Position numbers and translations under genes: made by a program
Notes under the pieces: model-generated
The model's input: the letters and a program-made list of their open reading frames with translations, nothing else
Told to the model about the DNA's origin: nothing
Database searches by the model: none
Assembly: GCA_034226945.1 (NCBI GenBank)
Contig: CP120456.1
Span: forward strand, 1,116,001-1,180,000
Length of the DNA stretch: 64,000 nt
Direction: 5' to 3'
From: Picochlorum sp. SENEW3
Lineage: Eukaryota
Shown here: positions 1-11,400 of the stretch, one piece after another
Layout of the letters: the number at the start of each line of letters is the position of its first letter
Position numbering within the stretch: the first letter of the stretch is position 1

Positions 1-1019
1 TAGATACATATACAGTGAAGCAAGGCACTAACTTGTTCACACGAGTAGATAGACAGCACCGACAGCACGACGCAGACGCCTCCGGAGCTGGCTTGAGATC
101 ATAGAGAGTGTGCCCTGGCCACTTCGCAGAATCTTCAAGCCTTTGCAACAGCTTCAGCTCCCATCTATCTATAAACTCCCTTTCTGGGAGATCCTCATGG
201 ATACTCAGGTGAATGCTCAGAAGACTCAGAAAGAAAAAGGATGTGTTTGTGGCCATTCAAATGCCACACCAGGTAGAAACCATTATTATACCACAGAATG
301 CAGCATTGCTTGTAGCCTATATCAGCACCTTGCCACAGGTCTTGGCATTCCAGTCACCCAGGTGTTGCACTCCATTTGGACCAATCAGCCTCCCTCACAT
401 CTTCCGTACCCCTCGGACACTTGGGGTCTCATCGTGGTGGCGTGCAGTTATAGCTTGGATGATATTCGACGACCGATCTTCAAGGCCTCGGCAGACGCTA
501 CATCTGCCCAGTTTATTGACACCCTCATCAGCACATTCAATGAGGTATTAGATGCTTATAAAGATAGCTTTTCTCCCGGGTCGGTAAGCCAGACATGTCT
601 CCCCATCATTCGTTGGTGAGATTCTGAGCACCGCTGGGAACTTGCCAGGTAGTTTGTGCCTCCTGTAGGTCTTCTTTTCCCCTCTTTCGGTTGCCTCAGA
701 CCTCAGTTTTTCTTATTGGATAGCTACGTCTCGCTGGAAACTTGTGTTTTTATGGTACTCTGGATCAAGGTCGTTTATGACAGTTTTACCTGCTAGAGTT
801 ACTCTGACACTGGTCTCCTCCCTGTATTAGTGGGTTGATAACAGGTGGAGTCGTATCTTGAGTTGAATCAATAGCGTAGATTTATTTGCCACTGCATTTG
901 TTTTCTCTGTTTTCTTATTGTTTTTCCTCTTCGCCAATGATGTCTGGAGTGGGGCCTCCGACGGACGAATTCCTCCATCGACCGAGAACTCCCAGGCTGG
1001 TGCTGTAACCCACACTAAT
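1..1019 (+). mobile_element. 3' part of non-LTR retrotransposon family B (end of ORF2 with Cys/His motif, plus 3' UTR)
   Basis: Near-identical to the reverse complement of 38142-39050 and 18331-18478. ORF 110-619 (LPFWEILM...CVCGH...HYYTTEC) matches the C-terminus of the RT ORF at 38406-40229. Confidence 0.85.
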
Positions 1020-1963
1020 TAATTGGATTGAAATGCTTTGATCTTCATTTGAGAATATGTGATGAGCCCCAGCATGGCTATGACGCAGCCTGTGATCATC
1101 TTAGGTGTCAAGTCTTTTCCTTCCTCGAACAGATAAGTTGAAAGAATTAATAAGCCCACTACTTTAATCTCCCCCAGAACAGTTGTGATAACAGAGGAAC
1201 TTTTCTTAATCATCAGATAATGCACAATATTGTATGCGACAGCGTTGATACTAGTCATAAGTAATATGACAATTGCCCTTGCTGAGTTTTCTTTGAGATA
1301 ATTACTCAGATCGGCCATCTCCACACATGCCGTAAATGGCGAGAGACATATTAACGACACTGGTGCAGTGTAAAATGTCAACCGAACGACTTCCAAATTT
1401 TCCGACAACAACTTGCCACTAAAAGTCATCATCATAGCACTGCACACTGTGCTGGAGATACAGAACAAGATCCCTTGGGGCTTTCCAGCAATTGTACCTT
1501 GCCAAACTGCTATCATCACTCCAACTGAAAGAATCAGGAGAGAAATAGCCTCTTGAATTGTTGGCATCTGTTTTTCGATAAATACAGATAAAAGACATGT
1601 AATAACTGGAAGAGATGATCGAATTACTTGATTCAATGATAAGGTAATGCCAACCAAAGATATGTTGTTCAATGCAATGCTTAAGGCCATAAGAGATCCT
1701 ATGTAAAAGATACCTTTCCATTCCTTCTGCAAGGTTTTTGTGTGCGATTCTAGTGGAATGATGATTGCAAATGGTGCCAAAACTATAAAGCTAAAAGACA
1801 TATGCGCGCAAGTCAGCGCCAACGGAAATTTTAGTCCATTATCCAAAGCCCACTTATTCGACAAATTCAACGATGTGTTCAATGATAAATAAGCGATAAT
1901 CAAAAAAATTAAAAGTGGTGTCTTAGGCGTGCTATTCAAACAATCGATGAAGGACTCGGCCAT
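1019..1963 (-). CDS. Triose-phosphate-translocator / nucleotide-sugar transporter family protein (DMT superfamily), intronless
   Basis: 314-aa ORF with many hydrophobic segments and family-typical motifs LNLSNKW, FPLALTCAH, LNNISL...SLNQVIRS and TTVLGEIK. Confidence 0.85.
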   Translation of the reverse strand: MAESFIDCLNSTPKTPLLIFLIIAYLSLNTSLNLSNKWALDNGLKFPLALTCAHMSFSFIVLAPFAIIIPLESHTKTLQKEWKGIFYIGSLMALSIALNNISLVGITLSLNQVIRSSLPVITCLLSVFIEKQMPTIQEAISLLILSVGVMIAVWQGTIAGKPQGILFCISSTVCSAMMMTFSGKLLSENLEVVRLTFYTAPVSLICLSPFTACVEMADLSNYLKENSARAIVILLMTSINAVAYNIVHYLMIKKSSSVITTVLGEIKVVGLLILSTYLFEEGKDLTPKMITGCVIAMLGLITYSQMKIKAFQSN

Positions 1964-2172
1964 ATTTTGTAGTGTACCTGGTATGATTTTTTACGGCCTA
2001 TCATACAGGAAAATCAATTGATTTTAAAATACCGTAGTGACGAATATTAAGGTTGCCCCACCAACCTTGGGGGTGCCCTTGGGGGGCTCAAAATGGCCAA
2101 TTTTGGAGGGTCCAAATCCGGGCCTGCGAGATCTATCTGGGAGGCCCGTAGCGTATGTCCCATTGCATGACG

Positions 2173-2240
2173 TGGAAGATATTCGTCATATTTCTCGACT
2201 GTGTAATAATCCCCTATAAAAAATCCCCTATAAAAAAAAA
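2173..2240 (+). mobile_element. Very short 3' tail of LINE family A, with duplicated end and poly(A)
   Basis: TGGAAGATATTCGTCATATTTCTCGACTGTGTAATAATCCCCTATAAAAA is identical to 38089-38140. The terminal AATCCCCTATAAAA is duplicated. Confidence 0.8.
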
Positions 2241-2247
2241 TAAGGCT

Positions 2248-3186
2248 CTGAGAGAGATCACCAAGCTCACACGAGAACTGCTGCCTGATAATGCTCGCTG
2301 CTGGAGTACGACGCGAATGTCGGCCCCACCACAAGAAGGAGGTCTAGGCTGCCTCAACTTTGCAGCGCATACCCAAGCAAGACAAGTAAAATGATGCTTG
2401 CGACTGCTACGCGTGGGCACATCGCAACTGTGGTCGCAGATGGTGTGGAATGCCTTCCTTCTACACCCACATAATGCTCATATGACCTCCACCCAGTGCT
2501 TGCGCGAGTGCGCATTGCCCCCAATGACCACCATCGTCGACGGACAAGCATATCTGGTCTCGATCCCAGCGTGCATCGAGACCATCCAGGCAAACAGGAC
2601 CCAGCCAGAGCAACAGACTTGGTACAGGGACGACTACCACTGGACCATCGGCCAAAAAGCCCACCCGATGAAGAAGTATACAGTGAAGCTGGGCACTCGC
2701 TTGTTATCGATGGAGGGACAGTTAGAGAGGGCCGATGCCTATTACAGATGGCTGTATGCCCTCTGCGGAGCCACACAGGCTCCGGGCAGCCCCCTGATCC
2801 ACCAACACCTCTGGAAGCTCCCGATGGACAATAGGTGGAAGGAGCCGTTCTGGCATGCGTCCATGGGCGGTTTCATCCGCTCTTCAGGGTCGAAGCCATG
2901 CGCATGTGGCATGTGCGAGACACCCGACATCCTTCACCACTTCAAGCACTGCCCTGTGGCAGCAGCCGTGTACGGCCAGCTGTCAGGCGAGTCCATCCAT
3001 GCAGAAAAAGTGCAGTTCCTCGTATGGACAGGAACACCACCTCAGCATGTGCCAAAAAGCATATGGCTCTTCATCTGCGTCAGCGCGGTGTATGCCATTG
3101 ACAGAGGCAGACGCCACATGTACAAATTGAAGTACCATACAGAGGGCCCAGTCCCCCAAACAGATGCCATTGTCAGCAAAGGAAAG
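2248..3186 (+). pseudogene. LINE family C ORF2 C-terminal fragment, with an internal stop
   Basis: Near-identical to the reverse complement of about 57631-58570 (PPQEGGLGCLNF; CACGMCETPDILHHFKHC). TGA at 2392 replaces TGG. Confidence 0.85.
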
Positions 3187-3190
3187 GGTA

Positions 3191-4548
3191 GTTTATTCTC
3201 CATGACATCAAAGTTCACCTCCCAGTCCGTCGTCCTTTTGTTTTGACCTGTCGTTCTTGACACATTATGGCATGTCTTGCATTGTTTCCAACATATTTGG
3301 CCCCGTCCATTTCGAAATGTGTACTTTCCTGGCAGAGTGGGGTTGTTCCGTTGAGCACGGCACTTTCCATCCTCCACATCGGCCCGGTGCTCTTAGTCAT
3401 TCACAAATGTTGAGTTCAGCGATCCATCCAGATCACATGCCCTTCACAGGCAGCACCGTGCCATTGCCGTAAAGGTTTTGGAGCACAGGTCATCCCATTC
3501 TTTTGTCGCCTCCAACAGCAAATCATAGTACTCTCTGCCTCTTTCTCGACCACATGCTTCAATTTCAAATGTTTGATTGCTTAATCGTGCTATTTCTGGA
3601 TTACAATAGTCCACCGCAGGCGACCCAGAGTCATCGTCGTTGTCTGACAAATTGTCCAGCTCCTCGTCTTCAAGATGGTAGTCTGCATCGTCCGCATCTC
3701 TTGGGCGTCGGCGTGGTCTTCCCCTCGGCCGAGAGGAAGAAGAACGTACCTTAGCGTGTCCATGGCTGTCATATTGACATTTGCATGGCCTCGTGCTCTT
3801 CAAAGTTCGAGTCAAAAGGGTCATCCACACCAGTGTCGTCATCGAAGAGCAAGAAGTCTCCGTTCTGCAAGTGCGTCTTCCTGGTGGCACGCCTTCTGGG
3901 TCTTTGGGACTCAACAGGCGTACTTTAAGTCTCAGAGCTTCTTCTTGCTCTTAAAGACACCGAACGTATTCTTCTAATGCTTCTCTCTGTATCATCATGT
4001 ACCCTGAAGTCCTCATCTAGAACTTCCTTGAATAGTGGCATGGTAAATATCAGTACCAAAAAGGCACAATCTTTTTACATGTATATTGCAAGTATCACAT
4101 ATTTCAAGCACTCAATGTGTTCTTACTGAACCAAATGCCTGGTCAACCCACCATGGTATGGCACGTTGACTCTCTTTTGCTACCAGCCTGGTAGGGTGCC
4201 CAGTCAACCCTTCAGTCCAAGGCCAACTATCGCGAACATTAGTCGCAATATCTTTCTCGTCTTTGAGCCTTTCCGCCCATGTTTTGAAACTTCATCCACA
4301 CAGTTATACACTGATTTCATTACGTGGACTAGAATAGGCTGTAGTTCCAACTCTTCGGGTTCGATTTTCGTCCGAATCACCGCATTTCCACCTTCTGCTC
4401 GTCCTAGCGAGACGAGTTTTGGACCATTCGACGCAGAACAGGCTTCTCAGTCGAATTCGGCCCTCGGCAGGATTAATCAGGCAGGCACAGGGCCAGCAGG
4501 CGGCGATTTAGGCCACAGTGCAGATTCGGGATATAAGGAGCCCCATTA
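3191..4548 (-). mobile_element. Partial Helitron copy (5' part only)
   Basis: Colinear homology to 16632-18330, without the solo LTR. Both copies share the terminus GGGATATAAGGAGCCCCATTA. Confidence 0.8.
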
Positions 4549-4554
4549 CAATAT

Positions 4555-5499
4555 CTATATCTGTCGATGTGTAATGACAATGAGGTCTGAGTTTGGGTTG
4601 GTTTGCATGTACACAGTGGAGAATTTATCTTTCTTTGCTTCCATATACTTGCGAAAGTTGTTGCATATACAGTCTTCCACCACATAGGTACCCCTTTCAT
4701 GGAGCCAAGGCTCAAAGGCTTCAAAGGTTCTTTGCACGGTCTCATCGGTATGAAAGCCATCATCAATAACAAATTGGAACATTTCCTTGGTTGCAATTGT
4801 CGGTTGAAATTGATCGAACTCATGTAATTCCAAGTTGTTTGAGGCAAACGCTCCTCGTGCTTTCAAAAAATCCATGTTCTCCTTGATATTAACAAGATTA
4901 ATATCAAATCCATGTACTTTCGCATTGGGAAACAACTCTGACCAAATGGCTAATCCTGACCCTTTGAGGATACCAATTTCGGCAACTGCTGTCACGGGAG
5001 TCGGCAAAGAACGAAGTATGTTTTCGTAAATCACTCCATAATTGTGGTTATCGTAGGACATGCGATCTCCTCCAGTCATTCCTCCTTTTCCAACTTCTGT
5101 CTTTGAGCGAGGATCATGTTTACTCACCACTTGACGAGGTACATTTCGAACAAAGCCACCAAAGCGATTTTCCAGTGCAATCAATTTTGAAACAGGAATT
5201 TCTTGGTCTTTTTTCTTTTTCTGTCCGTACACTCCTTGTTGTTCAGGTCGTTGCTGTCCATACATTTCTATGGCTTTGGTTGCTGCTGCCCAATTCCAAT
5301 CAGATTCCTCTTTAGTGATAATCTTCCACAACAATCCAAGAATGATGATAACGACGTAGATAACAATTCCTGTACGACCAAAGAAAAATCGTGAAGCTTT
5401 GTCCAGGGAGCGGTTATTTTGCTCAACCTCATGATTCCGGCCACCATCACTGCTAGCCATATCCAAGCCAGTTTGTCGTTTCCTGATAGCAACAACCAT
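4555..5499 (-). CDS. Putative class I SAM-dependent methyltransferase with N-terminal membrane anchor (type II membrane topology)
   Basis: TM segment GIVIYVVIIILGLLW. Motifs VAEIGILKGSGL, VHGFDI, FVIDDGFH and GTYVVED resemble sugar O-methyltransferase / Methyltransf_24-like enzymes. Confidence 0.75.
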   Translation of the reverse strand: MVVAIRKRQTGLDMASSDGGRNHEVEQNNRSLDKASRFFFGRTGIVIYVVIIILGLLWKIITKEESDWNWAAATKAIEMYGQQRPEQQGVYGQKKKKDQEIPVSKLIALENRFGGFVRNVPRQVVSKHDPRSKTEVGKGGMTGGDRMSYDNHNYGVIYENILRSLPTPVTAVAEIGILKGSGLAIWSELFPNAKVHGFDINLVNIKENMDFLKARGAFASNNLELHEFDQFQPTIATKEMFQFVIDDGFHTDETVQRTFEAFEPWLHERGTYVVEDCICNNFRKYMEAKKDKFSTVYMQTNPNSDLIVITHRQI

Positions 5500-5968
5500 A
5501 TTTTTACTGTATTAGGGCGAGCACAGGTCACACTGCATTTTATCGTAATAAAATGCGAGTCAGACACAACTAGTCCCGAGGTCTCCTTATATTTCCCTTT
5601 AGAGGCGGGCGCTCGACCGGACCGGTCGATCTAGGACTGATTGATTGATCACTGGTATGAGATTCCCCATGTTCTAAATAGTGTAAAAACACAAAGGGGA
5701 TATAGTGTCCAAGTCATCAATCTTGTGTGGCCGACACACATTTTGATTGGTTGAAATTTCAGCATAGCAATGAATTAAAGCAGCTTAATCTACTGTGCAA
5801 TTAAATTTGAATCAAGTTGTGTGTGGTGTTCAGAGACGCCATTCGAACGGGTCGCGAGCTTGCTGCGATTTCGTGGTCTATTGTATCGCGCGTTGTCGTT
5901 TATAAGTATTAATAAAGTTTGTTGAGGAATTTGGAGAGTTTTTCTTGGATTTTAGCGCTGTGAGAGGT

Positions 5969-7165
5969 ATGTCGCGTGGACATGCGCCAATGGACCCAGA
6001 GGTTGGTCGAGCTTCGAAGCGACTTTGCAGCGCATTCGATGCTGTCTTGGAGCAAAACGCGCGCGATACAGCATCTATAAATCAACCAAATTCTGATGTG
6101 AAAAGGTGGACGACGCGCGATTGGTGCCACATCTATAAAGCCGGCACCGAAAACCCTGAACAGCAGTATGAGATGCTCCACAATGGCGCTCTGGATGCCA
6201 AGGAGATGTGCCCAGAGCTCAGCAACAAGCTTCTTGGGCAGCTGCTGTTCGACTACAAGTCAACGTTTGACAAGCTGGCGCGAGCAGATGCCAGAGTGGC
6301 CTCTTTGGAGCAGGCCCAAGAGGAGGCTGCATACAAGATGCAGCAGGTTGAGGAGGGCAAAGGGGTGGTGCAGAACTACTTGGATAATTTGGAGGTGATC
6401 ATGGAAGATATACAGATGGTTTCTACAATATTTGGCAAGTTCAGTGTCGATTTCAGCGAGGCTGCTGGTACATTGGCTGCTCTGCCATTCATGAGGGATG
6501 ACAGTGATGGGGTAACCCCAGCACCCCACCAGCAGGTGACGCCTGCAACGCCCGCTGCCGGTGAGGAGTGCTTGCTAGAAATGGAGGAAATCAATAACTC
6601 AATAGAACTGGGCGCTACGAAGCGGTTCATTGGGGGTAGTGAAGATGCTTGTGCCACCCTGATCTCTGTGACAGTTCCAGATGGAACACCAGACCAAAAG
6701 GGCAATCCCATACAAAACGGCATGTATTACCTGAAGAAGGAACTGATTGAGATTCTTAATCGCCTTCTCCCGAGCTGGAACAAGAAGCGGGACACCAATT
6801 CGCTGGTGAGGAGGCCAAGCCTAGACTTCAACCTGCACAGGAGGGATGTGGAGCATGCAACCTGGGCACTGAGTGATGCCAGCCAGGGCGACGAGGAGTG
6901 GTTGCTCGATCGCAAAAGATATGCATGTCAAAATGCATCGAAAGGCGTGTCTTTCGTGTCGGTATCAAACCTTGATGACATCATTAGCACCCTGAAGGGG
7001 CAACTCAGGAAGAAAGGCAGAGATGCAGCTGTTGTGACATCTCATGAACAGGCGCTGGATGCACTCTTGTCTCATCTACAAACTACTGATACACATCAAC
7101 AAGAAGAAGCGTTGAATATCGACATGCCGCCTGAGCAGCTTGTGCAAGGTGAGGATGGACAGTAA
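5969..7165 (+). CDS. Hypothetical protein (~398 aa) with a predicted coiled-coil segment
   Basis: Long open frame (track 5945-7165, first ATG at 5969). No family recognised. Confidence 0.6.
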   Translation: MSRGHAPMDPEVGRASKRLCSAFDAVLEQNARDTASINQPNSDVKRWTTRDWCHIYKAGTENPEQQYEMLHNGALDAKEMCPELSNKLLGQLLFDYKSTFDKLARADARVASLEQAQEEAAYKMQQVEEGKGVVQNYLDNLEVIMEDIQMVSTIFGKFSVDFSEAAGTLAALPFMRDDSDGVTPAPHQQVTPATPAAGEECLLEMEEINNSIELGATKRFIGGSEDACATLISVTVPDGTPDQKGNPIQNGMYYLKKELIEILNRLLPSWNKKRDTNSLVRRPSLDFNLHRRDVEHATWALSDASQGDEEWLLDRKRYACQNASKGVSFVSVSNLDDIISTLKGQLRKKGRDAAVVTSHEQALDALLSHLQTTDTHQQEEALNIDMPPEQLVQGEDGQ

Positions 7166-7593
7166 GTTGCATAGTTTGGATCACTTGCAGCGGTACAACA
7201 TTGTTGGCTTTGCACATGCGTTGTGACCATTCTCGCCACAAGGCTGGAAATATATATCATATGGGTGTGGTAATATATTGGAATGGAGTGCAAGTCTTAT
7301 TTTAATTGGAACCGCTGTATGAGCATGAATTGGGCCTTGTGCCACACATGCAGCATGATGTTTTGCATGCACATGACACACTTTCTTACGGGGACGGCAG
7401 CACTGCCCTCTCCGCAGCATTCATTTGGCTTTTATATGCATCAATATATATTATACTACCGTAATCACTTTGTATTTGCGTCCATAAGGCGGCCATCCTG
7501 GTCCTGAAAGTTGGCAGCCTTCATTGAAGTCCTGTGATGGGAGAGGGAGAGCCTGCCTGTCCTAGCCATCCCTCTCTTCCACGGGGTTGCTCT

Positions 7594-7658
7594 GAGATTG
7601 ACGTTCGTCTCCCATTGAACAGGAAAAACGCGTTTGATGGGAGACAAACGTCAATCTC
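7594..7658. other. 27-bp stem-loop
   Basis: GAGATTGACGTTCGTCTCCCATTGAAC pairs with GTTTGATGGGAGACAAACGTCAATCTC; 3 of 27 positions are non-Watson-Crick. Confidence 0.8.
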
Positions 7659-8499
7659 CTGTGCCAGATAGGGTATTTCCTCATGCCAATCAAATATGAT
7701 GACAGACCGGCTCCTCTGGCGCGGGTTTTCATCCGCCTAGGCTCTGAACATCGACATGACCTGCACAAAATCGCACCATGCATATACCCTGTATCCTGGG
7801 GACTCGCCATATGCCCTACACCGGAGTTTACCCGAAGCTGCTGCAGACTGGGAATTCAAATGCCAGTTCGAAAAGTCGGGTCGCCACCCAGGCCTCTATC
7901 ATGCTAGCAGGGTGCATCCAATAGATTCAAATATATCAATAACCATTAATTGCCACGCAGATTACGTCGCGAGCTCCGGATCGGCCGTGCTCCGCGCAAC
8001 GACCTGCTCGAAATTTGAATTTCTTGCCTTGCGCGATCGCGCGCAGGGGATCTCAACAGTCGCGGATATCCCCTAAAATCATCAATTAAATGTGTAAAAA
8101 GATACCATCGGATGCTTGAGCACATGATGCTGTGCGGTTCGTCGCCGTCCGAACCGTGTCATGTCTCCACAAGAAGGCGAGCCAAGGCGGTCTACACTCG
8201 GTCGAACGCTCCACTGGCCCACAATCCTGTATATTGAAGTATTGAAGATGCCAATGTGGACGCGAGAGCGGCTCGGGGCGGAGGTCGACAAGGCTGGGTG
8301 CCGTTCCTGCGGTCAAAAAAGCAGGCTTTTAGAGGGTCATGGCGGCATCGAGCCGATCTTCAACCCCGCATTCTGCAACGATTTGGCATCGTTACAACTC
8401 AAATAGTGAATCGGGACGTATTTGACGCATCGAAACGCGCCATGGTACGCTGTAGACGGCGGAAAACCCTGCTGAAACAGCAGGCCACTCGGCAGTCCC

Positions 8500-11400
8500 T
8501 CACTGCTGATCTGGCGCATGTACCTGCACCTGCTCCGGCCTTGGGCGCGCCATGCTGTATCGAATGAGTTTATGGTACTTTGAGATGTTCCATTGTGTCA
8601 GAAACAGGCGTAACAGGGCGATGAATGGCCGCTGGCCCATCCTGGAAAGAACCGGCTTGAACCTCTTCATGGCAGCATTGATTTGTTCGCACGCCTCTGT
8701 GTTCTGCGTCATGCTGGCAATGTCCTTCATCTCACTGTATAATTTAATGGAAAAACTCCTGGCACAGGCGACGTGATTCACCCAATGGAAGGCATCCACA
8801 ACGAACAGAGTAAATTTGAAAAAGTCTGGTGCCCTGTTGAGGCAGTAATCCATCAATGCGCACGCGAAATCGTACACCACGACCCTCGGAGCTTTCTTGA
8901 GATAGCAGGTGAGAAATGTGAAAGGTTCATCGCGGCCCTCGGCATTTTTGATGATGAATGAAGCATATGCAACGCCGTGCTGGCACATGCACGTAAACAC
9001 TCCACCTGTCCTCTTCCCTGGCTTGTGAAACGCATGCTTACAGGATGCTTTGTCCTTCTCACTCACTTTTGAGTCTTCTTTTTGTCCATCGCATGCGTAT
9101 GGGGGACGGAAACGCAGCCGAGGGAGGCCGCAACAGACGCCATTCCTGAGGAAATCCCCATTCACTGCAGAGGCCTCACATGGGTGAGGAATGTCATCTC
9201 CCAGCTCGCGCTCGCCACAGTTGATCTCGGAAATCCATCTGCTTCTTTCTATGATCTCACGTAGAAAAGAAACCCACCCAATGGGGATCACAGCTCCCTC
9301 TTGGCCCGGCGCTTGCACAATCCTTAGCAAATTCTTGACGATGGGGCCCACTTTGTCCATGACGGCCTGTCCCACCACCCTCCCCGCCTCCAGGCAGCCA
9401 TCAAGGTCTATAGAAGACTCGTAGGAGAGGTATGACGTGGTTGGACTATCGCTCCGCAACTCCCGCAGCATGGCTTTGACTGCTTTCCTATCCACCACAG
9501 ACAGCCGCCCCTCTCTGCACGATTCGTGCACCCACGCCACAAAGTCGCCCAAATTCCACGTATCAGCGAGACTACGAACTCTATGGATGCCCACAAATCC
9601 CTGTGGAGTGTCCTTCGACTCGATCCAAGACTCAAAGTCCTGCACAAGCTTGATGACTTCTCGCCTCTGCCCTGCACGTCTCTCTGGGACCTCATTCGTC
9701 CCATTGCTGACATTGAAAAAGCACCGCTCGACCATCAAATGCGGTCTTTTCTTAGTAATAGTACCTCTGCGCGCCGTAAAGGACTCGGCGCTGCAAAGAG
9801 AGGCGCTGATGGACATGGAGGTGCCATCCATGATGATCACATCTGGGCTGTCCTGGCAAATGGGACACATCATGGCATTTGGTGGCATTGCAGCCCCACA
9901 TCCTTCTCGCAAGCTCCTCTCAATGCCCTTTATATCAAATTGAAGACAGCTAGCAACTCCATATACTGCTTTTCGGAACGCATTGGCCACTAGGAAACTC
10001 TCAGTGGGATTGGTGCGAGAAACCATGTCATACATTTCACTGATGCTGTCGCGCTGTGCAGTGAGCGAATGTCCTCTAAATCCGACAAAATCCCTTGCAC
10101 ATCGTACTAAAAGATCCAGTTCTACCGCCACTGTCTTGGAGGCACGCCACAGGCCGTCCTCCAAGCCTGTATAGTGCAGGGTGCATTCTGGTGCACCCCT
10201 TTGGCACTTCAACACCATGCAGGGAAGCGTCCTGGCGCAGTGCGGCGGTCTCATATACACCGTCACAGGATCTGTCTCTTCAAATCCTCTCCTTGTATAA
10301 GGAAGGCCGCATTCGCACGTGATCGAGGTGGGCATGGGTGGCTGAAGAGGCCCAAGTGGGGTGCCTTCCTTGTCTCTTGAAAAGCCAAACAGCAGCCGCT
10401 CCATCACCGCCTCCTCCAATACACTGCTATAAGGATACTCTATCTTGAATGATTTTGATGTATCCGTTATCCATGCGTTCGTGGGCAGCACGTCTGCCTC
10501 GTCATCAGAGGAAGAGGAGCAGGGATCAAGTGAACCCTCACTCTCTTCCTCTCCAGGCTCCACATCCAGGTGCAATGCCTCCCTCACCCGAGAGACATGC
10601 CGGCAATAATAAGCTTTATCTGAATCGCATCGAAGACCCCTATCGCCTTGCATCCTGACGAAGCAGCCGTCCACGTAGTAGCCAGCTGTGGAGGAGTTAT
10701 TTTTCATGATGGTCACCACCTCGCCTTCCTTTGAAAACGCCATACTGCGCAGGCGTTCCGAGTTCACACGGGTATACAACGTGTGAACACATTCTTTGGG
10801 CTCCAGACAATTGCGAAATACGGCACAAGAGCACCGCAAATGGCCCATGGGATCAAGCCCAGATTCCACCTCAACCAGCAAGTTGTGGTGGACCCTCATA
10901 CTGCCCCCAGGCCCATGGCATCGAGCATCCGCGAACGCCCATTTATAATACATGTCTGACTTGATCAAAGCAGCTACTCCGGTGCCGTTAGGATCCTTGA
11001 TCGCGTGACAATACCACGGCACCGAGCCAGGTTCATGCACAAACTCCATGGCCTCCCATTCATCCCCTGGAGACCGGCAATCCCTTGTCTTGGGCGTCTT
11101 CTTTCTCCTGTTCGGACGAGACGACAAATTTGATGGTCGCTTAAGTCTGCAACTGCTGTCAACATGCAAAGAGGGCGGCAGAAACGAGAAGTTAGGCTTG
11201 ATTTTTGGCATGCACCCATCATTGGACAAGGATTGGTAGTACTTTATCACCTTCTCCAGCATATTTTGCATCTTCGTATCTTTCTGTGGATGACACAGCG
11301 TTAAATACTTATTGTTAGCGTGAACTAGAGCGACCACAGGCAAGGCGTGCGACTTTGCAAGCCTCTTCTGCAGCAGGGAGAAAGCAGCCTTCTTGTTGTG

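Noticed and set aside
7490..7900. RNase P/MRP or other known ncRNA
   Set aside because: GAAAAGTC and GGGGACT-like motifs are in the wrong order, and no full consensus is recognisable.
8161..8567. Small plus-strand ORFs with a CxxC motif
   Set aside because: Short, one overlaps the KDZ 3' end, and there is no family support.
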